A stretch of DNA of 64,000 nucleotides. Source: Lama glama. Lineage: Eukaryota. Positions 50,401 to 64,000 of the stretch are shown here, piece after piece. Each line of letters begins with the position of its first letter. Within the stretch, counting starts at the first letter, position 1. The notes under the pieces were generated by a model. It was not told where the DNA came from and made no database searches. It saw nothing but the letters and a program-made list of their open reading frames with translations. Position numbers and translations under genes: made by a program. The stretch spans positions 2,296,001 through 2,360,000 of the forward strand of contig CM052816.1 in NCBI GenBank assembly GCA_028534125.1, read 5' to 3'.

Positions 50401-52594
50401 ATTGGCTGAGGGTTACGTGACTCGATTGTTGCAGGTCGAAAATGGCCTCTTTACCAACGCAAAGATTTACTGACTTCTGGATGGGAAAATCCAGCTTTTA
50501 TATTTCAAGGGAGTAAATCGTCTCTTGTTAATGGTGATGCCTTCAAAGGACGTCTTGGCTGGTGAACGTGTGCTAGCGCTTTCTGTAGTAATATGTAAAA
50601 TATGCAGTTGACCAGAAGTTTGCAGTTTTGACTAATAGGATTATTCGTCAGTGAGTAATACTTCAAGTTTGCCAAGTCCCAGTTTAATAGCTGGACCTCC
50701 GTAAGTCAGAACTTGGTGTTCTAACAATCAGAGGCACTCTCTTCTTGGAACTTTAACCTCAGATGAAAAAAAAAATTGTAGCAAATACTACATTTTGGCC
50801 AAAAAAGAAAACCTAGCAGTGCAGCTAGGGTACCCGTGTTACCGTTTAATCTTCTTTCTTTATAGGATACAAATAAAGCACAGATGATCTTCGTGGTTGT
50901 CACCATATGAAAGCGAACATTTTTGGAAGTGGAAATACGAGGAGGTCTTGGTGGGGCTGTGGTATAAGATGGGCCCTGGAGAATTTGATCCATGGAGAGT
51001 GACAGTTGTGATGAACTAGTTTATTATCTGGATAATGCATTTTGCCTAACACTTCGGCGTCACCGACATTGTTGGCAAGAAGGAAGCGGTGGTCAGCTTA
51101 AGGAATACAAGGGTATAATCAACCCAGCTTTTGGCACAAAGGAGAAAAAAGCAGCCGGTTGATTGATTCCATCGTTTGCCTTCCAGCTGGTGGTTCTGGT
51201 GTGGTAGACACACATCGTGGGTTTCCTGTCTTTAACATGCTAGTGTTGTCCACTACCTTGAACAGAGAAAGCATGTTGGTCTAACTCAAAGATTTCAGCC
51301 AGAACCCAGCAGGTGGCTGTAAATCCTCACCACGAAAAATCTCTTTCCTGCCTTTTGTTTCGTCTCTAGGTGTGCATTTCAATGATTTCGATATTAATGG
51401 TTTTTAATCGTTCTGTCATCAGTGGCACTTTTGGAGAGGGTGAGACAGGGATGTGCACAGCCTTTTCTTATTAAGAGATTTCCTGTTATACAAAGCATTA
51501 CGTTGCCGGCTTCCATCCTGCTCCCTTTCATTCTTTCTTTCTTTCTTTTTTAACTTTAGCTTGTTTCACCAGAGGGAGAAAGACTAGCTCAATTGTATTA
51601 TCCTGTTAGAATGCTTAAACCGTGTTTAGATAAAAAATTACTCTCTGCTTTTCTTACTGCAGCTCATGATTTCCATTTTGTAAAGGCATCTTTTCTAAAT
51701 TTTGTGCTTTATTATTCTTGCGGTGTTGAGCAAGCGAAAACAAACTCCAGTTCATAATTCACTTTAAAGAACATACCCTTTCTTTCTATTTTCTTGTTAA
51801 AACCAAATTGTGTGCAATTTGTAGAAAATTGAAACCACATTTTTCACTTAACTTTCCAAAATTAAAATTTATGGGGAAAAAGAAGCAATAAAACAGTTAC
51901 AATCTGGTCATCTATAATTATCTGTGTGGTTTGAGCAGTTCCACATTTGAAAAAAGTGACACTGAGAACTTATCAAGATTTTACAACCATGGGACCTTTC
52001 ACTTCTCTTTTGCTGCTTGGGAGCCAAGGCCTCCACTAAATGCTCAAAGTTACAGTATGAAGTTAGAAATTAGATGCGTGAAGAGTGGCTTTGAAATGCG
52101 TACAAAACAATGGACAGTGTCTAAAAATAGTTGTTTTCCCCTCTCGCTCAATAATGAAATTTATCACAGTAAAACTGACCGTTACAGACTGTTATTTCCA
52201 GTGTTGTCTCTGATTTCAGTTGCTTTGACATTCTCTTGTCATGCACTACCTGGCAGGGAAAAAACCCACAGAGCCAGCGAGACACGCTGTTTCTGTTCAC
52301 TGGTGCTGCCAGGGCTGCCTTGGCGTCTCCGCTTCCATGGCTCCCTCCATCCTTATGGGTTCCCGGGAAAAGGATCCTTGAAGACATTCAAGTGCTGAGC
52401 TACAACGGTTTTCTCAGACTAAATAGTGTTTCCACCGCCCTGCTCTTTTGATAACGCCATCTTATTGTCTCCATGTTCTAACAGTACAAATACGTTTTTG
52501 ATCCTAAGAAATGTAACACTTCCACTCTAGTTCTTAGTTTTTTCCTTTGTGGAAGTATGCCCGTATTTGGACGACTGGATGCAGCCGTGAGGAA

Positions 52595-52695
52595 GTGCTT
52601 CATTCATCCATTGGCTTTTTCACTCAGTACACGTTTATTGAACACCTATTTAGCTCCCAGTCTGATGTTCGCGTCTAAGTATAGAGTAGCAAACA
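52595..52695 (-). mobile_element. L2 3' end fragment
   Basis: ttcattcatcc...cgtttattgaacacctat. Confidence 0.5.
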
Positions 52696-52974
52696 GGCAT
52701 TCCTTACAAACAACACTGGCACGTAGTACCCTGGCACCATCACCAGCATTCTAGGAATATATGAAGGACAGATCTCTGGCAAGTACAGAAAGACCATTTA
52801 AAACTACTGCAGTCCTGCGTACTGACCAAAATTCAACACAATGTTACACTCCTGACCCCGATGAGCTGATCAAGACACTTACAAAAACTCAGATGTTGTA
52901 CTTATATTTTGACCGTGTCCATTTCTTCATTTGTAACTTTATATTCTAAAACATGTCAAAAAAATTTTTTTTCG

Positions 52975-53225
52975 TTTAACAAGTAATTTAAGTATTTACA
53001 ATGTGTCACACCGCTCTAGGCGTTTTGCAGATATTAATGCATTTAACTTCCCATCATCTCTACAAAGTAGGTACTTCACAGTCCTGATTTTACATGGGAA
53101 GGACTAAGGCATGGAGTGATGGAGTCATTTCCGGAGTTACTCACGTGGTGCGTGGAGGAGTCATAGTCATACCTAGGCAATCTGGCTCCAGAATCCTCCC
53201 CCTTAGCTGCTCCACTGTGCTGTCT
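52975..53225 (-). mobile_element. MIR SINE, near full length
   Basis: taatttaagtatttacaatgtgtcacacc...attttacatgggaaggactaaggcatggag...cctaggcaatctggctccaga. Confidence 0.75.
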
Positions 53226-53554
53226 TTCGGAAGGACTTCAATATTTATATAACTCTCTACCTTCTTTAAAAGTGTCACGATCCCTGCACGTTCGATACTT
53301 GGACACGTCTGGTAGGACGCAGCAGAAAGCTCATTCTGCTTGCAAATGGGCAGATTTTCAAAGAAGGGCCAGAACAGAAGCCCCAGGCACGTGAGGGCTC
53401 TCATAATTTTGAGCCAGGCGTAAATAAAACGTGTGTCAACCTTCCATCCAATCCCAGTTGTCCACCTGTCCATCTCCCTATTACTTGTTTAGTAATTACA
53501 TTGTAGATTTATGTAATTATAGTGATTACATTACACTATACGTTATATAGAAAT

Positions 53555-53915
53555 AATGTATGCTAATTACAGAAAATCCAGGGAATAACAGGAGAGAATA
53601 AGAGAAATTCACATCGCCACCCAGAGATAGCCACTGCTAAAGGTTTCATATCTTTCTATTGTATTTTTCTCTGTGTAACAAATACATAAACATTTTTTTC
53701 ATATTTGTGGTTATCCTGTGTATGTGTGGACACACACAGTTTTATATCCTGTTTTTTTCACATCGCCTACTAGGCCTTTTCCCACGCATTAAAACTCCTT
53801 CATAAACGTCATGTTAAAAGGCTGCATAATCTCCCACAGTGTGGATTTGCTAGATTTATTTATCCATTCCTCTGTCCTCCATTGCTGGATATTTAAGTTG
53901 TTTTATATACGCATA
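53555..53915 (-). mobile_element. Ancient L1ME-like 3' fragment
   Basis: ccacccagagatagccactgctaa...agttttatatcctgttttttt...ggctgcataatctcc...tttatccattcctct...tggatatttaagttgttt. Confidence 0.7.
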
Positions 53916-56859
53916 AAAAAAATTATACATTCTTTGCTCTCTTTTCTATCTTTGATGCTTTCAAAACTGCTGTCATTTCTGGCAATTAAATTTTCTAACC
54001 CCTCTTAAATATTTTAAAACACTGTCCTAAAGAGTTCCTTTTTTGTAGATGGTAGAGTTTGAAAAAAATATTTTAAATGATTTTGTTTTTATCATTTTAC
54101 CATTTGTACTGTACGATAATGCTATAAAATACAGAATAGTGGAAATAAAATATGTCTAAGTGTACAAATGAACTTGCGATTAGCCTAGGAAATTATATCT
54201 AGCCATAAAGTGAGCATATTAAAGCTCTTGTATATATTAATACAATCAGCCATACTTTTTAATGTATCAGTGTTTCATCTCTCGGTGGCCTCGCTCTTTT
54301 TTATCACCCAGCTGCAAACTGGATTCATTTTGGATAATTACCTTTGGTACTAAATGTATATTATCTGCTCAGTTAAGAAAGAGATTGGAGAGAATTCAGA
54401 AATCAATAGTCATAAAGTAAACAGAGAGAATGGAATCTAGTTCCCCTCTTAGAATTTATTCGGATCCACTCTGCTGAGGACAGGGGCCCCGTCTAACGGA
54501 CTTTGGACAGAGGACCACAAATGAAGCCCACTGGGACCCACAATCCTTTAAGAATTGATCTGCTATTTCAGTAAATAGCCTATTGTTTGAATATTGAAAT
54601 GTAGGTCTTTAATGACCCCAAGAGGGCTTTGACTTCTATTGTTTACAGAATTTATTTTAGTTTCTCTTTCAGTGTTTATATGCCTCCAGCTGGGTGTGTC
54701 TTCTGTAGGCCCACCCGCCCTCTGGCCTTCATAAAACTATTTCTGACAGAGGATTGATACTGAATTCACTGTATTGTGCCAACCACAGTCTTACTGTCCA
54801 AGGGGAAATAAAATCCAGTCCCCCATAGTGCGGAATATAAAACGGGCTCTCTATGAAGCTTCGGCGTCAGTGTCATCATGAGGAAAGAGAGTTTAATAGT
54901 CAGGTTGAGACAAGTCAGTGGCATGTCACCTTCAGCACAAACGTGGGAGAGTTTGTTTACCTCGCCCAAACCTCGAAATATTCTGGCAAGCAAGTGAAAC
55001 TCAGAGAATTGGCACACCCCGCCTCCCTTGTTGACATTCTAAGCCCCAAAGCCAAGAAAATACTCCTGCCACGTAAAGGAAGCTCATAACTGCTGTTATT
55101 CAGCATGTGTTTGTCTCCCTCATGTACTGCTGTGAACTTTGTTTTCTCCAAATCCCAAACTCTGGGAGCTTATGACACGGCATCATTAGCAGGTGTACCA
55201 GAGGCCTACTTTCACACCGTTGCCTACTGAGTGTGGATTTCATCATAGGGTGGTCGGCCTGGGATTCAAACGGCCTGATCTGCAGAGTTCAACACCAAAG
55301 CCCGAGGTCAGGGCTGTAGCAAGTCAAGAGTCTGTTTTCTGCGTTTATGGAATTACAGTCAAAGCTGACTTTAGAATCTTGGCCCAGGGGAACACAGTCA
55401 GATTCTGAATGTATTTCAAACGCAAAATCAGGCTGTCTAAAAAGATAGCATTGCATTAAATTGGAAAATGGGTCTTCCTGATGGTTTCTGATAGTTTCAT
55501 GACACTTAAAAAATGGTTTTTGATAGAGCCCATGTAGTTCCCCATGCAGGAAGACATGTACATATGTCTCTTACAAAGTCTAATTACGCTTGCCTTCCCC
55601 ATCAGAGCCATGGTCTCACACCCTTCTGATTTCAAGAGGCTCCCTGCTTAGTAAGAGATCCAGCTGGCACAGTTCTCTCTCGAGAGGCTGGCTGCCCCTG
55701 GCACAGCAGGGCAGTTAATCCAGGGTCTCTTCAGGGACTTGCCTTGCTACAGAGAGCAACCTCACAAGAGTCCTTAGGGGACACGCCTCAAATCCTTGCT
55801 TAGATGGAGACAGACAGAAAAAGGGCACTTTGAAACAGGCCAAATATTTCGGGAGAGAAATGTACAATCAGTTTTTCTTTCCCCCTCCCTTTTATCATTA
55901 ATTAATACCACCAGGCTGTTTGCAAGCCTTGTCTTCCCTCCGTAGGCACACTGGAAGCCTGCTTGACTGGCACTCAGAGAGCAGGATGGCATTCTTTGCA
56001 ATTCCCTTGCAGTTGACTCAGAGCGTTGATGGGAGGATGTCAGTTTTGCAAGGGCAGCAGTGTCCGCTGCTCCCCCTGCTCAGCCCCACAACGCTGGCTC
56101 GTTGGCTGGAGAAACCGAGTGCATCGTGTGCTCCCTTCCCTCTCCTGTCCCCTCCACATTCCTGCTGAATCTCACATTCCTCTGAGCACAGCCCAGAGAG
56201 TGCCAGTCTGTCAACAAGCCAGAGAGAAGACACTCTGCGAAAATGGGGCATTAATGGTTTGTGAATCCGAAGATAGTTAACTGATGGGTGCGTTCAATTA
56301 AGATGAGTTTTTCAGTTAAAAGGCTCCGCAGGAGGAGAGGCTTTATTCTCATTTCTGGGCTATGAGCAGTTAACGAAGGGAGGCTATCAGAATGCCACCC
56401 GTGTTACCCAGAGCTGCCTCAAGATTCCGTACAATTTTCAAGTTACTTGATTAAGGAAAACTTGCCAGGTGGGATTAAACAAGCTGGAAGGTGATAATGG
56501 AGAAGCGTGTGTCATTTCTCATCTTTTTTTTTTTTAATGGGTGACATCACCACCGTACACCTCACAGAAAATGGTTTTGGGTTTCAGTGCGATCCATCCT
56601 GAAAAATTTCCCTTCTTAAACTTACGTCTTCCTGGAGTCAAGTCTTTCTATGGCATATGTGGGTATACATTTATATTTTCAAGTCAAAGCCAGGTAGTTC
56701 CACTTGAGACATCTTTTATTGCTTGTTTTCTTCCATGTTGCCCTGAAGGGGAAGGTAACATCACCTCTTCCAATGTGTTAGCTAAATGCTTCCACAGGGG
56801 CGGTCCGGCGGCGAGGGCGCGTGAGTGAGCGGGACTGGGGACTGCCTAAGCGTGAGCCC

Positions 56860-57085
56860 TAATGTTGCCCTCACTGCCCTAAAACTCAGGCAGGGTCTGT
56901 CACATCTCGGTCATCTTCAGGATCTTCCCCTATCTGTAAAAACAAAACAAACAAACAAAAAATGGTGATGCTAACAGAACAGACTTCACAGGGCTGGCTA
57001 AGAACTAACGATATATAAGGTAGTGCTGAGCACATCCCCTGGTGCTTTCTAACTCCGCATCAGTTCCTGTGGGCAGCAGTTATGA
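56860..57085 (+). mobile_element. MIR fragment
   Basis: cttcccctatctgtaaaa...aatggtgatgctaacag...acttcacagggctgg...gtgctgagcaca. Confidence 0.55.
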
Positions 57086-57429
57086 TCACATTTCCATTAC
57101 AAGAATTTAGGTCAAGTCAGAGCACGTTGTTGTTAATCCCAGGGGCTTCTGTGAAACAGACTTCAAGAGAAATTGGCAATGGTTTAAAAAAAAATATGGA
57201 CACTTCATAGACATGCTCCATGATACTTTCAAGATCCTGGGAGCCTTCTCTGGTCTTCCTTGCAGTTAGTGTTCATTTTATAAAATGGCAGGGCCGTCTG
57301 GCTTCGAAATGGCCAGCAGTTAGAGGAGATGGATCTTTTAATGAAGAATGTTTGTCTGAAGGGCAGGTTCGATGTCTTTTTTTCCAAAGGTACAATTAAA
57401 TCACACTCCTTTTTATTGCCCACCCTCAG

Positions 57430-57530
57430 ACTCAGTGCCTCAGTTTGCTCATCTGTGAAACAGGAATATCTACCTTTTGGGCTATTGAAGAAAAAAGAAG
57501 AAACTAGCAAATTTAAAATGCCCAGAACCA
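57430..57530 (+). mobile_element. MIR core fragment
   Basis: gtgcctcagtttgctcatctgtgaaacagg. Confidence 0.65.
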
Positions 57531-60296
57531 CTTCTCAGTAAATGATCCTTTTCATTTGAAATCGAGCTTACATGGAGGACTGACGTGGGGACCTGTTGTG
57601 GATTACCAACATTGTAGCTTCCGTTCTGATTCAACTGTTAAGTATCCGTTTGATCTTGCGCTGATCACGTAGGGTCTCCAAGCTTGGTTCTGTCTGCTAT
57701 AAGAGGACCTTGGCAGCAATAACATTTTGAAGTTGATTGAATGGATGTGCTTTTGCCCCTCTACCTGGTTACATCAAGGCCAAGTTGTTAATTCCAGACT
57801 TAGAAAAGGGGACTTAGGAGAATGTATTCTTCCCTAAAAATTATTTTGGTAGCTTTTGAAAAATGCAACCCAGTATGTTTGATTTTGTTCTTAAAGGGTC
57901 ACAGCACCTATTGTCCCAAGAGAATCGTGAACATTTTCCATCTGGGAATAGGTCAGCAGTGTATCAGGCCTGGCCTCTGCCCCTGCAGATGCGTCCCACC
58001 CTCTGAAAAACCCAGCACCAGTATCTGACACAGTGGCCTCAGGCAACGTGAATTCCACAGATGGCGTTAAGCATGTATTTTCATTTCCTCTGAGTTCACC
58101 AGCCTCCAGTGGGACAGGCGGATTGCAGAGAGAGAGCACGGAAGGAAGGTGGCTTCTTTTCCCATGTTCTCATCTATTATTCATTTTAAGCTACTCCATT
58201 GCACCCATCAATTTAGACAGAATTGGAAGCTTCAGTTCGGAGAATTTCAGTCTCGATTTCCAGTGTGAACGAAGAGGGTGGTCCAGGGGTGTCAAAGCAG
58301 GCATGGTGTCTCCTTGAAACACACGGTGGCATTTCTGAGGGCTGCCAAGGCGGGTGTGCCTGGTGTGGGCCTCTGCCCGCTTGGGAAAATCGTGTTGTTA
58401 GCAGTGGCTGGTGTGGCGACCGAGTCTCCTTTTAAGGATGCCTCTGAACTCATGGTGACTTAGTCTCTGAATTTAATCTTGCATCCTCTCCACCTGTAAA
58501 TACTCAGTTTGCCCTGCACACTGTTTGTACCCATTTCTAACCAACCATCAGTGTGCATTTCCATCCAAGTTGCTGTCATTGAGAATTTACCCTACAGAAG
58601 CCACTTTGATTGGTAAAAATTAGTCTGCTGTTGCTGCACCAGTGGACTGATGGTGTTCTCCAACAGCGTCCTGTCCGAAAGTCTGTCCGTGACGCACGGA
58701 CCTTAGAACTATTTGCAACTCTTAGAAGAGACTAAACAAGGACACTAACTAAATCTCTTCCCCAGGTCTGGAAGTAACCGAACGCAGCAAGTCAGAACAA
58801 TCTGATACCCTAAAGCATGAACTGTGTGCCGCCGTCCTTAGAAGTCCTTGTCACACCTTTGGCTGAGGCACTCTCCCTCGCCCCCCGCCCTGCCTCCCCC
58901 CACGGTGTTTCATGTGGATCGGGGAAGCCTCTCAAGCAGTTGGGATGAGATGTGAAAGTGCACAGCCTGACCAGTGGAGGCCGGTTTGCTTCCTCTGTTT
59001 ACATCAGTGGGTTCTCAGAGTGTTTGCTCACAGATCAACAGCAGTACCCAGCGTTTCCTTCACCTCCTGGGCAGTATGGTCCATGTTCCAAGTAGACCCC
59101 CCTCCTTTGCTGCTTTTTTACATTTAGAGAACAAGTTATACCAGCATGGTGACTGCTCTCTGATGCAGTTTCTAAATCCTCTCCCTTTAGGGTCTGAATT
59201 CAAACGGAAATCTGCAAGCTTCTGGGTCGGTAATTTAGAGACTGGTTATTGTCTTTAGCTCTTGAGAGTTGACATAGGCATCCCTGGGATACATTCATTA
59301 AAGTGCTTTTAAACAGAGACTTGGTAGAGATACGCAGCACAAATATCCTTCTGTGCACCTGGCTTAGGTGGGCGGGCTCCAGCCTTTTTCTTGCTGAAGG
59401 TCAGAACCATGGTCAGATTTACAGCAAACCCGCTTATGCTGCCTGCTGCTCCCTTTGGTTTTTATCATCACAGTAGGTTTAACCTGACCAAGAAGTAATT
59501 ACACCATTATTTTTTATGTGGTGCTTTATTACTCGCTTTTCAAAATTGGCTTCCAGCCTCTCATGGGCTAACAGCAACAAATGCATGATTGTAATATTCG
59601 CTCCACCCGGAGATGCGGGGTTATTGCGGAAGTGGCCGCATACCCATTGCCCACACAATAACCGTTACTCCAAAACAAGTGAATTGCTTAGCCAAACATC
59701 TATTGATTGTAAGTCATCAGGGACCAGTATGAAGACCACCAGCATCCAAAGGAGAAGATTAAATTCTGGTTACATATACACATGTGTTTTGTCAGTATTG
59801 TGTGGCAAGGAGCCCCAGTCCTTCATGGCTGCCAAGTCTAAATCTAGAGCACTGGGGTGCTCTGAAAGGTCAGCCTGGCTCCATCCACTTCTTAAAAGAC
59901 AGGCGTCAAGACTGGGAGCAGAAAAACTCAGGAGCCGTGGAAAATCCCAACATCCTCACCCCTCCTCCTCTGCTCCCAGAAATCAACCAAATCTAAAGGT
60001 GCGCTTGGCATCATGGTTTTTGTCTCAGGGCACCTGGAGTTGTGCACCTTCCCTTAGGACTCAGGAGACTCCAGTGGGGGACCACGTGGGCTCTCCTTTC
60101 TTGTGATCAGCTAAGGGTCAGCTGGGCAAACAGGTTTGCCATCATCCCTTACTTACTCGATGGGTTCAGACCTTTGTATTGGGGGTTCCTGGGTGAGACA
60201 GAAGGAAGCCAGAGCCTCTGGGTTAAAGCATTCAGGAGTCTTCGTCTTGGTCTGCTTTGATAGCTCCTCCCCAGACCGCTCCTGGCTGATCACCCA

Positions 60297-60315
60297 GCGG
60301 CACTAGATGGCGTGG
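60297..60315 (+). promoter_or_regulatory. Candidate CTCF motif
   Basis: gcggcactagatggcgtgg matches the CTCF core CCACYAGRKGGCR apart from the first C; motif match only. Confidence 0.4.
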
Positions 60316-60419
60316 ACAATTTTACGCTCCTTGTTTGACTTCAGTGACATTATTCCTTCCTGATGTTGTTTCTATTTTTTTTTCACCTGCCTTCGTTCTT
60401 TTTGTCCCTGAATCTTGGT

Positions 60420-61350
60420 TCTCTTTTCACATCAGTGGTTTCAGCTCTTACCTCTCTCTTAACTTCATCCATAAAACTAACCGCGTCTTCGATCTTCTTC
60501 CTGAATCTCAGTCCTTTATTTCCAACTGTCGCCGATACATTTTCATGTGGGTATCCTATTGGTCTCTTAAATTCAGCACGTCTGAAGTTGAATGTGTGGT
60601 TTCCTCCTCCCATAAATCGTATTCTTCTTGCATTCTTTATGCTGCTAAATGGGCACCCTATTCATCTAGTCAGGCAAATAAGAAATGTCGGAGTCATCTT
60701 TATTTTTTCTGATCCCTCACATCTAGCACGATACTGAGGTCATGTAAATCCCAGTCTGAAATATCTCTGAAATCTACCTTGATCGCTTCATTATTAGCTG
60801 GTCTCTCATTTCCCATTTGGATTATTGTGATCGTTCTGACTTTAAAATCCATCTTTTATTGGACTCCTGTGGTTATGTCTTTGAAATACAGATCTGATTG
60901 TGTCACTCCTATGCTCTGGAACACCTTTAACAGCCCCTTGTCACCTAGCAGATACATTTCTCAGCAAAGCACTCAAGGCCAATACTGTTACTCATAGTCA
61001 CTCTTCAGCACCCTACTCCCAATATGTAAGCCATGCTTTCCCCAAACTGGGAAGTCTAACTGTATTTGAACACATCATCCCCAGATCTCTGTGCCTTTGT
61101 TCTTGCTGCTTCTTTTGCCTCAAATTCTTTCCCCACCCTTCTTACTGGAAAAATCCTATTTATCCTTACATATCCAGGTCAGAGATGACCTCTTCGTAAA
61201 TGTTTCCCTGACTCCCATACAGATAATTACTTCCTTCTTCTATGCAACGTACTGTTTGTGCCTTAGTAATGCTAGTTTTGTATCTTCTTGAGTGGCTGGT
61301 TATAATCTTCCTGGGATTATAAATTCCTCAGGGGTACATCACAGTGTCTA
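60420..61350 (+). mobile_element. L2 LINE fragment including decayed ORF2
   Basis: The frame 60335-60712 contains LLPESQSFISNCRRYIFMWVSYWSLKFSTSEVE, resembling the L2 ORF2 segment LSPELQ..ISNCLLDISTWMS..HLKLNMSKTE; followed by tctgattgtgtcactcctatgct and gtgcctttgttcttgctgctt. Confidence 0.8.
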
Positions 61351-62334
61351 GAAGGGTTTTCCAATGGAATCCTCTCCAGCTGGAGATGCATAGGAAGCTG
61401 GACCTATGTTGTCTTTCTCTCTCTCTCTCTCTCTTTTTCATCTTCCTAAGCACACAAACTTGTATATAGGAAGCATCCCATCTTACTGAATTAATAAAGC
61501 AATGTAAAGCATGCCGAGTCTGGGGGAAAAAAATCCCATTTTAATGAATTATCTCCCACCTTTTTCTGTTCCCATTTTGTCACAAAATTTATATTGTTTT
61601 AAAACAACGGTGTCCTACTCCAGATAGGGCTCTATTTCAGAGTAGTATTTGAGAATCAGAGGCAGTGGAATCCTTTGAACTATAATTTCAAATTAGTGTG
61701 AGCAGGAGAGGAAAGGCTGAACCCCAAGAGCAAATGAAACGTACCTGAAACGTACCTGCTGTCTCCTGTAATGATGTTTCCTCCTGTGTGTTTGTCACAT
61801 TGCTGTAGAATCCCGTTTGTGTCTTTCTGACCCTCTAGACTCTGGAGTGTCTCGGGAGTGAGGAATATGTAAATATGTCTAATTTATCCTGTACTCCCCA
61901 CATCTGCCCCTATTTCCAGCACACGGCAGGTATTCTATTATTAGTCACAGCAGCTGCCTGCTGAGTGCTGTGTGCAAAGCACTGTACAAACAGTATCACA
62001 TCACATCTTCACCGTGCATATTAGGAAGACGTAAAGAATGCGACTCTCCCAAAAGGCACTAGCTGGTCAGTGATACAGGCTGGATGATAATCCAGCTTTG
62101 TCTTACTCTGAAAGGGTTGGAATGAAAGGAAGAATTGTGCTGTTAGAAAAATGGAAGTCGAATGAGGTCTGGAGTAGGACATAAGTCGGGATAAAGAAAA
62201 GCATTAGAACAGACTGCACAGCGAGGGGTATACTGGGAGCAAGAAGAGCACTAGAAGAGTATCGTGGGTCGTGGTTTTTGGAGGCCTAGTCTGGAGGCCT
62301 CTTGGTTCTCCTGACTGGGCTGTTCCAGCAAAGA

Positions 62335-62575
62335 CGTTAAGAGCCGGGCTTGGGAGCCCGACTGCCTGGGCCTGACTCTCTAGCCTTTCACTCAGTAGCT
62401 CGGCGGGTGGGAGCAATATTTAACTCCTCCGAGCCTCAGTTTCTTCCTCTGTGTAATGGGAGTAACAGTAGTACTTCCCTTTATGATTGTGGTAAAGGTC
62501 AGATAGGTTAATCCATGTAAAGTGGATTGGCACCTGTTACATCCTTAGGAAAGACTTAAGCTGATGCTGTTCTTG
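62335..62575 (+). mobile_element. MIR SINE, near full length
   Basis: atttaactcctccgagcctcagtttcttcctctgtgtaatgggagtaacagtagtac...taatccatgtaaagtg. Confidence 0.85.
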
Positions 62576-62949
62576 CATCAATAATTATTAGAAGAAAAGA
62601 CACAATGAATGAATGCAATGGATCCGTGTAACATCTCAGCATCTAATTGCTTCTACGCTTCTGAGTAGACCCATGCTTCCTAAATTTATGCACCCATGTG
62701 TCCCTGCAAACATACAGGGGTGCCGTGGATTATTTTCAGTTTGAGAGACACAAATGATACTTTAAATCTGTCAGGTGCCACGTAAACTGCTGGTTCGGGG
62801 TAGTTCATAGCTCAGCAGTAGATTGCACTGCATTCCTTCTGATTGTGTCGCAGCTCTGCAAGGCTGAGTTTTCAGCAGATGCTGTGATCCAAGGACGTGT
62901 CCTGTGAATATCAACATGGACTAAAAAAGAAGGCATCGATGTCCAATCA

Positions 62950-63084
62950 TTTTTTTTAATTTAGTTGATTTACAATGTTAGTTTCATGTATACAGCAAAG
63001 CGATTCAATTGTACACACATATACATATACACACACACACAAATATTTTCAGATTCTTTTCCATGATAGCTTGTTACAAGACAG
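62950..63084 (-). mobile_element. Short L1 3' end (cetartiodactyl type) with TSD
   Basis: T8 then tagttgatttacaatgttagtttc...tacagcaaagcgattca...ttttcagattcttttcc...ttacaaga; TSD tgtccaatc at 62940-62948 and 63085-63093. Confidence 0.8.
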
Positions 63085-64000
63085 TGTCCAATCTTATTTC
63101 AAGGTCTGAGAAGTTGTTCAGTGCTCAACAGGAGCACACATCCCATTAGTATGTTTTGTGATTATTTTAGAATGAAATAAAAGTATTATTTTTTTCTTTC
63201 ACTTCTTTGTATTATTTTTCATATGGCTACTAAATTGTTAGGATGTAAATATTAAGGACAAAAATATTACGTTGTTAGGGTATAAAAAGTAAGCGGTTTG
63301 GACTTAGGCAGTTAAGTAAACAGAATTGTTGGGCATTTCTCTTGGCCAGAGGGCACTGGGAAAAGATGACTGAGGCACTTGAGGTACTGTGAACAGAGGA
63401 AAGTTCAAGAAGCTCTGGGGTAGACAATGAATAAAGATACAATCAGGATATGTGCTCAGGCTGAAAGGGAAGGGTTCCAGACTCAGTCAGGCAGAGGAGA
63501 CTTTCTGGCTGAGTCGTAGGCTAATGATATGCAGTAATAATAATCACTTAGTTTGGGTCAATAGCGAAGAAGGCTGACTTCATTTATTTTATATCACATG
63601 CTGTTTAGGTTGGAGTTGAGGCTGAGAACAATGTCTAGGCTTATCTGCAAGGCCATTGTTAGCTCTCTCCATAGCATACTTGTTATATGTTCTCTCTGAG
63701 TCCATTAAAATATAACCGCATAAGCACTTGATCCTCTAATATCTCTCAGTTACAAGTACTTTCCTGTCTTCTTAGTGGAACTAATGGATTATTTGGAGTC
63801 CCTTTTCATGTCACTTTTCTTGGGATTTTTTTTCCGCCCCTTCCCAGTCTATCTGCAGAGCTCTGCTGTAACTTCATTATCCAGCCCTTCTGAAATCTGG
63901 TTTTGAGGAAGCAACTCTGTGAACAGTGGGAGCAGTTTTCCAAGTTGTCTCATAAAACTGTGATATTAACAGTCACAAGCAGGCCTGGGCCCGGAACCCT

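Noticed and set aside
53490..53550. Two short AT-rich inverted repeats
   Set aside because: Stems of about 9 bp or less in AT-rich sequence are near chance expectation.
59516..60106. Longest ORF in the track (196 aa)
   Set aside because: No recognisable domain, composition typical of random non-coding frames, and no supporting gene structure.
62797..62835. tRNA/SINE-head-like ggggtagttcatagctcagcagtagattgca
   Set aside because: Only an A-box-like similarity with no B box, tail or TSD; too short to call.

Overview
Mammalian (eukaryotic) genomic DNA, almost entirely intronic. The window lies inside the transcription-factor gene EBF1 (COE family) on the + strand and contains two internal coding exons (8850-8980 and 28256-28382). 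Together they encode most of the IPT/TIG domain and are separated by a 19,275-bp intron. The flanking exons are not visible in the window. The rest is intron carrying ancient repeats (MIR, L2, L1M, hAT/MER fossils), four younger 5'-truncated L1 3' ends whose poly(A) tails all point antisense to the gene, one tRNA-Ala-derived SINE and simple repeats. The repeat set suggests a camelid or related cetartiodactyl (inference). The supplied ORF track misses both real exons; its ORFs are chance or decayed-repeat frames. I found no evidence for a new multi-gene system. The most notable items are a SINE co-inserted with about 115 bp of extra polyadenylated sequence inside one target-site duplication, two L1 insertions with twin-priming 5' inversions, a 42-bp near-perfect palindrome carrying two PAR-bZIP/NFIL3 consensus sites, a perfect 16-bp hairpin abutting a tandem duplication, and a NAGNAG acceptor. 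Boundaries and subfamily names of old repeats are by-eye estimates.
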